A DNA stretch of 64,000 bases, taken from the NCBI GenBank assembly GCA_050084985.1, contig JBITNC010000001.1, positions 170,996,001-171,060,000 on the forward strand. The letters run 5' to 3'. Below are positions 28,038 to 40,725 of this stretch, one piece after another. The translations under genes were made by a program, and so were the position numbers. The DNA comes from Nageia nagi (taxonomy: Eukaryota > Plantae > Pinophyta). The stretch's first letter is position 1; every line of letters begins with the position of its first letter. The notes below the pieces were generated by a model that was not told the DNA's origin, made no database searches, and worked only from the letters and a program-made list of their open reading frames with translations.

Positions 28038-31000
28038 TGTGTGAATTGAACTATAACAAGAAAAATCCTAAACAACCAAGATCACATGAAAGCTCTCAAT
28101 TCACATCTAAATATCACATAAAGCAATCTCACAAAGATGTAAATGGTTCCTCCAACTAGGAGTACATCCACTAAATAGATCTCTCTTCTTAACAAATATG
28201 AACTCTTACAATTCTCCTATTCTTTTCTCCTAACCACTATCCAATAGCATTACTTTATTCTACAATTGGTGTGTAATCACAAAGAAGGAGCCTTCTATTT
28301 ATAGGCCAAAATCCCTCTTTGAATCACCCTTTTATCCAATGTACAATAGCATGACATGCACATCCTTTTACCCAAGAGGCATGCTCATGACATGGAGTGT
28401 AGGATAAGTTACATTATCATATTCACTTAAATATTTAAGGTATCAAATGATACCCTTAAGTATTAGTGAACTTACATAGAAGATTTAATACAAACCTTTA
28501 CAATAATGCATTATACATTCCAACATTACCCCTTAATGAAATATTGGGATAGAGGGAGTAAGAGAAAAGAAGAAGAGAAAGTAAGAGAGTTATCCTCCAA
28601 ATATATACAATGAAGATGAGAACTTTTTACATATTTGTGAAGTTAGAAAGATCTAGTTTGATACTCACTACTTTGCCAAATACAATCATTAACCACAACC
28701 AATTTCAATGTACATGAAGTAGTTATCCAACTAGAAGTCATGAAGAGTCTCCAAGAGCTTGCATACGTAAGGTAAGTAACCTACAATCTCAAAGGAACCT
28801 TCAAGTTATAAGCAGATCAAATAACAAGATTACTTAGATGCATCATATTCATATCAACAAGGATAGATGAATCACACAAATGCCATCATAAACTGATCAA
28901 TGGTGCACTATAAGTCATCACAAAGATGCCATGCCAAAAAATTATAGTCACCTACTATATATAAAAAATATGTGTTGATTATCATTACAAAATAGAGCAT
29001 GCACATATGAGTTCCTCACATATGGATAACTAAACAGTGCCAAAAGACACATAAGAGTTCCTCACACATGGATAACTGAACAATGCTAGATTGACCAAAA
29101 AATAGAGTATGCACATATAAGTTCCTCACATATGGATAACTAAATAGTGCCAAAAGACACATAAGAGTTCCTCACACATGGATAACTGAACAGTGCAAGA
29201 TTGGCCAATTTGTATAATAAGTTCCTCATGTAAAGCGATCTTACCATGAAGGTGTACAATAAAATCAACACTATATAGCATAAAATCCTCCTAGGGTTGA
29301 AGTTGTCATCACAAACATGAATTCAACATAAGAATTCAAACTTCACTCCCCCTTAAAGGTAACTTCACCAACTCAATAGCATCTCTAAGCTTACAAAACT
29401 AAGCTTTTGGGAGGGGCTTGGTAAATAAACCAGCAAACTTCAAGGTGGATGGATAATACTCTAGGTGTATGATGCCATCAAGAACCTTCTTCTTGATAAA
29501 ATGGGCATGGATTTCCACATGTTTTATTCTATTATGGAACATTAGATTCTTAGCCAAAGAAATAGCCGATTGATTTTCTGAAGAGATCAAAGATGAGCCA
29601 CTTTGCTCATACCTAATTTCTTTTAGAAGATGCCTTAACCAAATGGCTTCTTAGGTTGCAATAAACATGGCATGATATTCAGATTCTATGGTGGAAAGAG
29701 AAATAGTAGGCTACTTCTTGGAAGCCCAAGAGATAGCACTTGAACTAATGCTAAACACATACGTAAAGGTTGACTTCCTATCATCTCTATCTCCCCCATA
29801 GTTAGAATTTGAGAATCCAGAGAGAATAAATGAAGGCAAATTAGAATACTGAGAGCAAGATCTTTAGTCCCTAAAACATACCTCAAGATTTCTTTAACAA
29901 CATTAAGATGCTCAACATAAGATTTTTGTATGAATCATGCCTTCAGATTCACTGCAAAGGTAATATCTGGCCTAGATATAGTCAAATACAAAAGACTACT
30001 AATTAATTGCCTATAAGTTGTAGCATCAGCTAACTAAGAGTTGGAGCTTAGTGAAATAGTGATTCTAGGCATGACTGGTCATGAGGGAAATAGATGGAGT
30101 TGCTAGCTAGAAGGTAGCTGATGGGAGGGTTTTGTAAGTTCTCACATAGGGCAACAACTAGAGTCACCAGCTAAAAGGTGGTCATGCATAGGAAAAAGCA
30201 AAGGGAGCCACAAAGGGAGGTAGAGGTGCAATGATTAGATTAGATGTGGTCGTAAAAGTATTGGAGGTGATCATGGAAGGATTACAGGTGTTCATAGAAG
30301 GACTGGATGGAGTCACAAGTTCTATCATGAGCAGAGGGAGGTCATGCATGGAGGATTTATACAACTTTAGCCAATGTAAAAGGTCACTTGAGTAGGAAGC
30401 TAAAAGTTGGTCAGGCAGATGATTGAAAGGTGAAGAGCACTTCCACATGTTCTATTCAAAGCAAAATGCTCTAATGTCTTAGGGTTTTAATGTAGGTACA
30501 TTACAATGTTGACATCTCAACAACGTAAATGAGGAGTTTATCTTGCCAACATAGTTGCTTCTTCCCTTTCAAAAATATAAACATATTTTGTAAACGTACA
30601 ATTTTATTTCTTGAATTTATAATGTACAAAATTGTAAGAAATAATCCTACTAACATTTTTCAAGAAATTCCCTCCCATTTTTTTTGAAATAATATGCATT
30701 TTTTTATACACCAAGGATAGTGTAGAGATAAGAAAATGCAAAATATAATATCCTATTATTTAAAAGAAGAGTATTATTAAAAAAGATGCAATTTTTGTAT
30801 ACTAACCCATTTTTTTAAAAAAATAATTAGCAATATGCTAACCAATAAAAAAAATTGCAAAAAAAAAAAGGTTAGTAACAAAAAATAAATTACATCATTT
30901 TAAGCATAAAAGGAACTAACACATCTTCACAAGGTATGTTAGTATCACAATGAAATAATCCATAAAATAACTAAGGAGGAAGGATGTTATACCTTCTCTT

Positions 31001-31634
31001 AGTTTTAACTCAACAATGAAGAGTAGGATAGGTCATGAAGATCACCAATTTTTAGTAGAAGAGCCTCAACACTAAGAAGAAGGGCTACCACACCAAGGAT
31101 GCGAAGAGGAGCTTCCTTTTAAGTTTTGATACCAAATGTGTGAATTGAACTATAACAAGAACACTTCTAAACAACCAAGATCACATGAAAGCTCTCAATT
31201 CACATCTAACTAGCACACAAAGCAATCTCATAAAGATGACACAAGATGTAAATGGTTCCTCCAACTAGGAGTACATCCATTAACTAGATCTCTCTTCTTA
31301 ACAAATATGAACTCTTACAATTCTCCTATGCTTTTCTTCTAACCATTATCCTATAGCATAACTTTACTCCACAATTGGTGTGTAATCACAAAGAGGAAGC
31401 CTTTTATTTATAGGCTCAAATCCCTCTTTGGATCACCCTTTTATCTAATGTACAATAGCATGACATGCACATCTTTTTACCCAAGGGGCATGCTCATGAC
31501 ATGGAGTGTAGGACAAGTTACATTATCATATTCACTTAAATACTTAAGATATCAAATGATACCCTTAAGTATTAGTGAACTTACATAGAAGATTTAATAA
31601 AAACCTTTACAATAATGCATTATACATTCCAACA
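28038..31634 (-). mobile_element. Internally deleted Ty1/copia element with paired LTRs, nested in the gypsy element
   Basis: LTRs 28038-28525 and 31137-31634 have tg...ca ends and differ by ~29 substitutions plus one 10-bp indel by hand count (~94%). A decayed tRNA-iMet PBS tggtatcaaaac lies at ~31134-31123 and a PPT next to 28525. RT C-terminus/RNase H (ENQSAISLAKN...HNRIKHVEI...LFTKPL) spans 29350-30060. The flanks tttgg/tctag may be a decayed TSD. Confidence 0.95.
28991..29208 (+). repeat. 110-bp tandem duplication built of gttcctcacayatggataact subunits, in the copia 3' region
   Basis: Units start at 28991 and 29101, and the core motif occurs 4 times. Confidence 0.9.
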
Positions 31635-31978
31635 TCTAGAGTGTCATCGAATTTTGGTAGTTTTTACTTCTTTTGAAATACGACACACTCAATGCCCTAA
31701 TGTGCTTCGACATGCTTTTTTAATGTTGTTCATGATGCATACATTCTACATCATTCTAGAGGTGTTGAAGTTAGTATTTGATGAACCACTATGGAAATTC
31801 AATTGTTTGTCATATGTAGGGTTAATATAGTCCCATAATCCATCAGATTCTTTTCTTATAGTCAATGCATATAATTCATTTAGACCCATTGAATTGCTCT
31901 CATCACTGCTTCTATTATCACTACTTTGATTTGGATCTTTGGTCTATTCCCTACTCATGCATTTGTTCTATTAGAATT

Positions 31979-32430
31979 TGTAATGTAATATTATGTAATA
32001 TATCTCTTTAATGTAAACCCATAATGTAAATCCACTTAATGCTTAAAGTATCTCTAGACACCTTAAAACATTAAGGGAATAAATATGAAAAAAATGTTAA
32101 TCTTACCCTTGGGTAAAAGGGAGGTTAAAGAGTGGGTTTCATATTATAAATAGAGGGGTACTCCCTCTCTAATAACACACAACTTGGAAGTAAAGCTATG
32201 CTATAGGTTTAGAGTTAGGAGAGGTAGGAAGATATCTTGTAAGAGAGGTCCTTGAGAATAAGAAGATATTGGTTAGTGGATGTACTTCTAAGGATGAAGG
32301 AACCACTTTACATCTTGTGTTCATTGTGAGATTAGCTTGTGTTATTATGCTATTATGTTGATGTTGTGAGTGCCTTCTTAAGGTCTTGGTAGATTAGAAA
32401 TTGATAAAAAAAGGTTTATCTTCATCATGT
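31979..32430 (+). mobile_element. Solo LTR of a copia family related to the 28038-31634 element, in opposite orientation
   Basis: Colinear similarity to the reverse complement of the copia LTR: cccttgggtaaaa, tataaata, gtaaagytatgctatagg, tggatgtact...ggaacca...tacatcttgtgt. It interrupts the host gypsy just downstream of the protease. Confidence 0.75.
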
Positions 32431-32449
32431 TCAATGGAATGTGCACCTC

Positions 32450-32815
32450 GTATTCATTGTTAGAAAAGACCAAATCTTGGGTTTTGTTATTTATAATTCT
32501 ATTATTGTTTACAAAACATTTTAATTTGAGTAAGGTGGTGTATTATATTTTTTTTGTATTAGCCATATCAATTATGTCAAATGTAGCTAGAGAGGTGATC
32601 CCTAAAAAGGAGATTGACATATCACATAAAAATCCTAAGGATCAGACTAAAGAGCCATCCACTAGTGAAATGTTGTATTGGGATGGTTCTAGGGGGGATA
32701 GCCTAGTTGCTTCCATGTTCCAATAAGCAAGAGGTTTATATCAACACCTAGATCGACCATGACATTCTTTGCAAGCTTACCATTCATTATCACTTTGATC
32801 AAGATAGGTTTCATT
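32450..32815 (-). pseudogene. Gypsy aspartic protease remnant
   Basis: MKPILIKVIMNGKLAKNVMVDLGVDINLLLIGTWKQLGYPPLEPSQYNISLVDGS contains a DLG active-site motif. Confidence 0.85.
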
Positions 32816-35800
32816 TTTTTTTTTAGTTTTTAAGTACTTTACATGCCCATTATTTGATGTATTTCTTATTCCAATAATTGGATATTTTTGTAAGCTTTGG
32901 TAGAAGATATTCTTGTTTGATAAGTTTGTAGAACCTTTTTAGCAGAGTATTTTCTTCTTTTGTTAATTGTTGCAAGGATGATTATGGTTGAGTTACTTGG
33001 TAACCCTATTTTTGTAACATTTTAATGATTTACTAAGTAGTTCAGATGATATCATGATGTTGTTTAGGATCTAGATATTTTAGTTCTGGGATAATTTATT
33101 GGACTATTGGTTTGGTAAACCCTATTTTCTTTGCTCCTAACCTAGTTATTATACATACCAATGGTGCATCTAAAGTAGTTTCTCCTCTTAGGATTGAAGT
33201 TGCATGTATTAGGTTATATGAATAATTTATTTTGGATAAGGAAGCTCTAGAATTAGGGATTAATGGTACTCATTAGGTGGATTTTGTATTCGAATTGTTA
33301 TTATTTTCAGGTTTTGACATCCTAGCCTGTATATCCTAAAATAATTTTAGGTAATCTACGAAACTATGATTGTTCATCATTTGACAAAATTGAAACCTTA
33401 AAAATGCTTAGGGATGTGGAAAATCATATTAGCAATGGGAGAAATCACCATAGTTAAAGTATTAGGGTTAACGAACTCCTCTACCACCATGATATCCTCC
33501 CTATATCCACCTCCTCTACTATTTTTTCCTCCTTGGTTATCATATCGATCATTTGATGCATTATACTGTTCTTGTGGTTTCTATTGTTGGAAAGAATTGA
33601 TAAAGGGAATATATGTAATCTTGACTCATCGATAAATGGTGCTGGTTGTTGTTTGATGGCTTAAAACTTTGGTACTTGGTATTTCTATGCTATGAATGTT
33701 TGTGGGCTCCTTTGTAAGTATTCCTTAATGTCATCTTAAAAATATTTTCCTCAACATTGATGAATCTAGTGATTCTGATATCCACATGGTCAACAAATTA
33801 TTTTTTTGTATATGCCATTGTTTTGAACATCAATTACTAGGAAATATTTTATATTATGAATGCTTGAAATCCACCAATGTTGAGAATATTTCTAATCAAA
33901 TTTTTAGGGGCACTTATTTTCTAGATGTCCTTCTTTAGTGTAGAGTTAACACCAAATTTCTCTCCATTGGAAAGGCATTGTAGAGTTTTCTTATGTTGAT
34001 AATTTTCTAATTTGTTCTATTAGTTTAATTAATTGTCTAGATAAATTGTTGTTAATACTTTTTACTCTCCATGGTAGGGATTCTATCTTGATTTCTACAT
34101 GTAGGGCATCGACATATGTTGGGTATATCTTCTCCATATCTCTTTTGAACTCTGATCATAGCACAAATAAGAACCATTCTATTTTCTACTTTTTGATCCT
34201 TTGTTCTTAAAGTCTCCTTTGAGTGACTTTAAATCTTTTGTCATATTATTGTACTATTTCTCTAGGTCCCATGATTAAATTATGTGTTTTACTTACACTT
34301 TCTAGTCTGACCTTCGAGAAATGGTATTTAGAATTGAAGGTTGCTTTTATTTTGTTCCATATTTTTTTAATTCTCCATTGGGGATGATCTATAAATTTCA
34401 TATACCATTTTAATACTTTGTCAAGTAGTATGGCTACAAATTCACTAATGAATGTTCCCTCATATGTAACACGTCATCTCTAATATAAATAAGTGTTCCT
34501 TCGCATTATGGGTATCTTTTTTGAAGATGGGTAATTTAGTATAGGCATCCATTTATTGTTGGTTGTGTTGTTGGGGTCAAAGATTTTATTATTTTGATCT
34601 ATTAGGTTAAGGATTTGGTATCATCTATTGATGGTTTCTATTGAATGTCCTAGGATGGTTCCTTTGTAGTTGTATGTCAAAATAGTTTTCATCTATAACT
34701 TTGAATATATCCTTAAATAGAGGTTCTATAATTTTCTCTATATTGGGAGTCAAGGATCGTCCTTTTATTTAGGATCACTTAAAGGAATCAACAAAACTTA
34801 AAATATTTAAGTCATCTAATGGCATAAGGGGAAGGGAGAAGTTATGGGGGTTAAGTATTCAATCTATCATCTCTTCTGATTCATTATGTTAGTAAGGGTC
34901 ATATTGTTGTCTATTTTAGGGGTAAAGGGTATTATCACCCATTCCATATTGTCTGGGGTTGCCTCATCTATGTTTTATTCAATGGTTTCTATTATTTCCT
35001 CTATTATAAGGCTAGGTAAAGTTGGACAATCTATATCTAAATTATCTTCATGTGATATTCTTTGATATTGAGTGGTAAGGGACATAAGTGAGAACAATGT
35101 TGATAAATCAATGGCAAGTGCTCCTATTACTCTCCTAATCCATTGAGAAGTGGTGTCAATTAATGTAGATAAGGTTCCTTATCAATAATATACATATGTT
35201 AATGTAGATAAGGTTGAGAAGTGGTGTCAGTTCTCTATCCTTTTATCATTGCTCCCATAATTTATTATTGTAAACACTTCTTAATATGTATAAACTTATG
35301 TTTGAACTAGTTATCTCTTCTTTCTTCATCGTTATGTGCTACTCTCTTTTTCAAATATTATCAATAATCTCTTGATCTTATCCTCTACATATAAGTTCTC
35401 CTTTCCAACTATTGTGTCTTTTCTTCGATGTACCTTTTACCTACCCCATACCGATTCAGTTAATCTTCTTTCCCACCATATTCTTACCAACCCTCGGGTG
35501 CCTCCCCCTACAAGTAGGAGAGAGCATCTAGGGTAGCCCCTTGCTCAATCATATATCATTTGTAGATTTGTGAAAAGTTTTCTAAAAATATTTTCCTAGG
35601 TTCCCTAAAGAAAATTTCTTTACTTGCTTCCCACAACTAGTTACTACTATTTTCTAACTGCAGGTAGTATGAATACAAGTTACCCTCACTTGGTAACTAT
35701 AGTTTTTTCAACTACTACCCTCATCTTATGAATTATTAAGGATATGAGACATGAGCCTACCCATATCTATTATTTTGGCTCACCATGAAGTTCAACATCC

Positions 35801-37829
35801 CCATGCCCATATCTTGGGGAGCCATGGGTATTGGAATAATACCCTTGAGTGGTTTGTGTAGTCTAATAAGTTTTTATGCAAGGTTATAAGAATAGACCAC
35901 CCCATGTTCTATAGATCCTAAAAATAATTAATCCCAAATCAATTATTAGGGTTTCTAGGTTTCATGCTTGTATCAAGCATTCAAATGTTACCCTAATCTA
36001 ATTCATGATAAATAAACCAAATTTTATATTTTAAAATATATTTGATAAAAAAGTAATATATTCATCAAATGTATGCAAGAAATTTCAAACCTACTTGTTC
36101 AAGAAGCTACCAAAGAATATTTATTAGTACCTTACTATAATTATCCCATATCATGATACAATGCAAAGAATATTACTTTAAAAGTACACCACTTGCCAAA
36201 GAATAATAACAAGCCTTGAGTTATCGCTAAGGGCAACTACTTCTAATAAGGAAGTGCGATGTAGGGTATAACATACTCATCGAATATTCTTTTAAATTAT
36301 CGTTAATAAACTTCCAAAGTTTGACTAAGATGTTTTTGTCTTTATTCAATTAGACAATCCATAATTTCCTATCTTGTTTTATTGTTGACTTTGGATCAAC
36401 TTTATTGAAGCCTACATTACCCTTTCATTCGTCATCTAGGGTTTTATCACCTAATTTAGGTTTCCTTAAAGATCATCTAAAAACATAATGTTTTAACTTG
36501 CGCTAAGTATCATGACTTTATGTTAAGAGAATTATGTTTCTTACAAGGATGCATATCATCATTGTTAATGTTCATTTCCATTAGGAGACACTTATTATTT
36601 TCTATTCCATACCTTGTATCTAAGAATATATTAAACTTAACATTCAACCTAACCATGTGATTACAATAAGCTTTATCTTTTTAACTTAGTTGTTAGAGTA
36701 AATATACTATTTATGACATCAAATATATACCTTTATTAACTTTCCCACATATTATGATTGCATAGGTTAAATCATACTTTTTGAAATATCACAATGGCTA
36801 CTTAAGGACACTAGGTTATGCCTTTTGATACCTATAGTATTATTTATTATATCCATTTACCGATATCTAGGTATCAATGGCATCATTCCATAACCTTGTA
36901 TTCATAATGTGTTAGGGAGTGTAGTGTTATTTTCATGTTGCCAATCATTTATTTTCATGTGGGTATGTGTAGGGTTCTTATTTTATTACTTATTAACTTC
37001 CCATGATATCATTGATGTTCTCACAAACCATACATTCAAGAGCAAATCATAGGGTAAAACAAATCAAATACTCTTCTTGGAATATCACCAATAAGTTACA
37101 TATGGCACTAGGATATCTTTCTTGATACCTTAATTAAAACTTACATCAATTTTCATAGACAAATAAACATTCATAGATAATAGCTCTATTCCATACCCTA
37201 ATATATTCTATGATGATAACAACTATCAAGAATGAGGACCATACTAATTTGTATATCACCATATATAAGACATTATATGGGTGTTTTCATAATCAATGAT
37301 TTTACATTTTGTAGATATATCATAGTCCTTCTTTATATCTTCTTCCTCTAGAAGTAGCTCTGTGCCATCTTCATCTTCCACATTCCTTCCCAAGGATCCA
37401 AGACTCATTGGTTATGAGTACTAAGAAAGGCTATGAGTATGGAGGATTAAGAAAACCCCTTTTATTTTGACCAAAAATGCATATATTCTAAATGCATCAT
37501 AATTCATTCAAATACCTTAATTATGGACCTCATGAGGTTTTATGTTCCCTTTAGAACTACCTCCCTTCCTTGGTCTAAAGGTAACATTTCACAACTTAGT
37601 CATAATTCAACAACTTTGAATAACATTCTATGAGTCCTTAAATACAAATAATTAAACATATTCTTTCCTCAATTAGTATTAATATTCAACACATCCCTCA
37701 TATAAATCTCATTCTAGAATAACCAATCATTTATTTTCGAATTCAAAGTAATTTCCTATCATTATTACAAAATCCTCATTTAATTATCTTTTAATCTTTA
37801 GTCTTACTAAAAAAATAGATTATTTTTCC

Positions 37830-38520
37830 CAATGCCTCAACAAACGTAATCTCAAGGTTCAAATGATCACATGTATTTAAAATACCTTTGAATATTTAAC
37901 AGTTACCTTATAGATATGAAAAATAGGCACTACATGGATGCGTCAAAAAGTTCTGTAAATTGATTGACACATGACCTTGTAGAATTTTGACTCATGGATT
38001 GCATTGATTATAGAGTATGCCCAAAGTAACTACGTTGAAGGGACTTATGAATTATTTTCCAAAATGATTCATCGAAATGAGGTCTTAGAGTCTGTAATGA
38101 TTGCAGGAAAATTCCCAAAATGGATATGTTGAAGGGGTTTGTGAATTGTTTGACAAAATGCTTCATCGAAATGAGGTCTCAAGGCGCAGAAAAATGCCCA
38201 AAATGGGTATGTTGAGAGGCTTGCGAATTGCTTGAAAAAACACCTCATCGAAATGCAATCTTGTGGACTGAAATGATTACATGATACACAAACAGTTGGG
38301 GGGATCCTACCATTGATGAAGTACCTCATCGAAATACATAATTTTCACCAAATAGCTACGTTGGTAGGTTCTGTGAATTGATTGAAAAAATATCTCCTCA
38401 AAGGGTCTATAATTTTTGAAAAAATGCCTCATCGAAATATAGTCTTAGGGATCGTATTGGACATAAGATGTGCACAGAATGGATTCGCTGATCCATGTCT
38501 CAATGAAATGCAGTCTCATG
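37830..38520 (+). repeat. Degenerate ~70-100 bp tandem array with core (c/t)ctcatcgaaat
   Basis: The core occurs at 38071, 38165, 38247, 38328 and 38431, with degenerate copies at ~37835 and ~38500. The spacers share ta(c/t)gttg...gaatt motifs. Confidence 0.8.
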
Positions 38521-39019
38521 GATTGCAATGAGCGCTAAATATGCAGAAAATGAATACATAAGAAAGGCCTACGATGGGTCTGGGAGTTGTTTGACTAGAT
38601 GGAAAACTATGTCCTCTGATAAGCTTCCCTGCTATCCTTTCGAATAACATAAAGGGTTGATTAAATAAAACAAAATGTAGAGAGAGTACCAACAAATAGC
38701 CCAATGCAATTTACTTATTTTTAATTTATGCACTATGTCCAAAGAAATGGTTCACGTGAATTCACAAGATCCTAAATTTACTTTAATTTAATTTCTTTAA
38801 ATGCTTACATGCATTAAAATACTTGTATACACGTATGAATTCCTTTATCATCCCAAAAATTATTTATCATCCCAAAAATTATCTAATCATATATATATAT
38901 ATACCTCTAATAATTCATGAATAAATTCTTTAAAAGCATGTATCATCATTATAGAAAATATTACAACTTCATTCTTCAGGGTATTAAGTTATTCATATAG
39001 GATCCACATTCTATGTTTA

Positions 39020-40020
39020 ATGTGATTTTGGGAAGCTTTCTTCTACTATTTTTACGTGGTGGTATCTAGAGAATTTATTTGTGAAGGAAATAGATTTATT
39101 GATCGATGACATTTTATAATATTTCTTTTGTGAAATGTATTGGGAAGGATCATATTTGTAAGATTTTATTTAATTCTCTATAATCGATGTAACTACAAAT
39201 TTTACCTCTCTTTTTATATTGTATGAACATAGGGATGATCCAATCTATATTCTCAACTAGCAATATAATTCAAGTTGCTTGAATTTTATCAATAGCTTCT
39301 TTAACTTTTAGTTTTATATTTATATTTAATTGGTAAAGCCTATGTTTTCATGATCTACATTTCAATTTTAATCATATTTGTATGAAGCTTGCTTCTTCCA
39401 TCATCCCTTTTAACTTTGTATATTATTTAGGGAATAAATCTTATAATTCAACTAAGATTTTAATAGTCTTATTTATTACTTCTTTAATCTAATAGCCACT
39501 AATAATCCTCATATTAGGTTCAACTTCTTTGCCAATATTAATTTTTTCTAGTGCCCATTTTTTCGCATTATAAGTTATGTCTATTTATTTTGTAATTAGG
39601 TTGCTTTTTCCTTATTCTTCATATTTCAAATTTTCTAGTTTCTCTTCTAGTGCCTCAAAGTTACTCTTCTATTTTCTATTTTTTTCTAGGGTATGCATGT
39701 TAGTTGTTTTTAATGATTCAAGTAGTGCTAGTGTAGGCTTAGTATTAAGAAACTTAATAAATTCAATCCAAGCATTTTCTAGGGGTAAGAAGAGGAAGTA
39801 TTTGATTCTTCATATCCCTTTCCAATATTTTCATTACCATTATAAAAAGAAAACATTTGGATAAATTGATCTTGTAAGTAGTTCCAATTGCTAGTCCCTC
39901 TTCTTAACTCTTACTGAATGTACCTTGCTTTTCAGGGAAAATATCTATGGTTATTCTTCATACCCATATGAAAATTGACCATTTTGCAAATTTTATTTAG
40001 CTATTTTTTTAGACCTGCAT
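39020..40020 (-). mobile_element. Second gypsy fragment (gag-like domain followed by RT N-terminus), related to the large element
   Basis: ELRRGTSNWNYLQDQFIQMF...EKINIGKEVEP...DLFP...DWIIPMFIQYKKRGKICSYIDYRELNK...SFP, with many stops. Confidence 0.85.
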
Positions 40021-40427
40021 TTATACCTATTAACTTAAATTTAATGAAAATATGTGGGGAAAAAGAGTAGTTTAGCCAAAGTGGTGAAATTAAATATAAT
40101 ACAATAACTAGTTTTAAAATGCAACACTTGGCTTATTTAGCCTTGAAATTATAATTAGTATAATTTATTCTAAAGTAATCACCTATTATATCCCATTTAT
40201 ATACTAAATGTATTCTAAGATATGATATTTTGATAAGCCACTTGATCTTAAGTATGCGAGGTGTGTGATTTAGTTTTGAAGAAAATAATTTAGAATTTTG
40301 GATAATCGAGAATCTCCATCTTAATTATAGAACCACAAGGTATGCAAAGTTTCAAATTAATATAGTTTAAAATTTTCTACTTTCTTCAACAAATACTCAA
40401 TCCAAGTTATCAACCATCTCCATACAA

Positions 40428-40725
40428 CCTTATCAATAACACCTTGTTAATCAAGCCTTGTTGATCAAGCCTTATTGATAAGTCTTTATCAATCAAGCCT
40501 TATCGATCAACCATTATTGACTAAACCTTATTGATTAGGCATTTTCAATCAAGCCTTGTTGTATCATCCATGACTATTTGGCTATAAAGTAATAATTTTT
40601 ATATAACATTATCAATAACATCTTATCAATCAATTCTTATGGATCAAGCTTTTTTGATAAGGCCTTATCGATCAAGCCTTGTAAATGAAGCCTTATCGAT
40701 CAGGCCTTATCAATCAAGATTTGTC
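40428..40725. repeat. 14-bp minisatellite (ccttatcgatcaag)n in two blocks forming a ~180-bp higher-order duplication
   Basis: Blocks ~40428-40560 and ~40608-40725 each start with ttatcaataaca and are followed by tttggctataaa. Confidence 0.9.

Larger units (their letters stand above)
18953..35530 (-). mobile_element. Large decayed non-chromovirus Ty3/gypsy retrotransposon: gag-Zn knuckles-PR-(gag-like x2)-RT-RH-INT-extra ORFs-PPT-LTR, with nested insertions
   Basis: Minus-strand remnants in order: gag KLPIF...LKWYMKF...WNKIKATF (~34550-34320); knuckle WC*LYTKEGHLENKCP (~33955-33905); protease NVMVDLGVDIN (~32765-32735); RT YSFTDRFSRYHQVQI and WGSFTYNVMPF (~26930-26800); RNase H MVYALQNFFHYLL (26140-25817); integrase EAHDGIASGHFGG and WLGPY. 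The 5' boundary and 5' LTR were not identified. Confidence 0.85.

Noticed and set aside
31123-31134. tRNA-Met related sequence
   Set aside because: It is only the 12-nt primer-binding site of the copia element, not a tRNA gene.
37830-38520. CRISPR-like array (palindromic core with variable spacers)
   Set aside because: The spacers are homologous to each other, the repeats are degenerate, the context is eukaryotic and there are no cas genes. It is a degenerate tandem repeat.
39020-39960. Endogenous pararetrovirus RT
   Set aside because: The motifs match the gypsy family at 26800-27900, and no movement or coat protein was seen.
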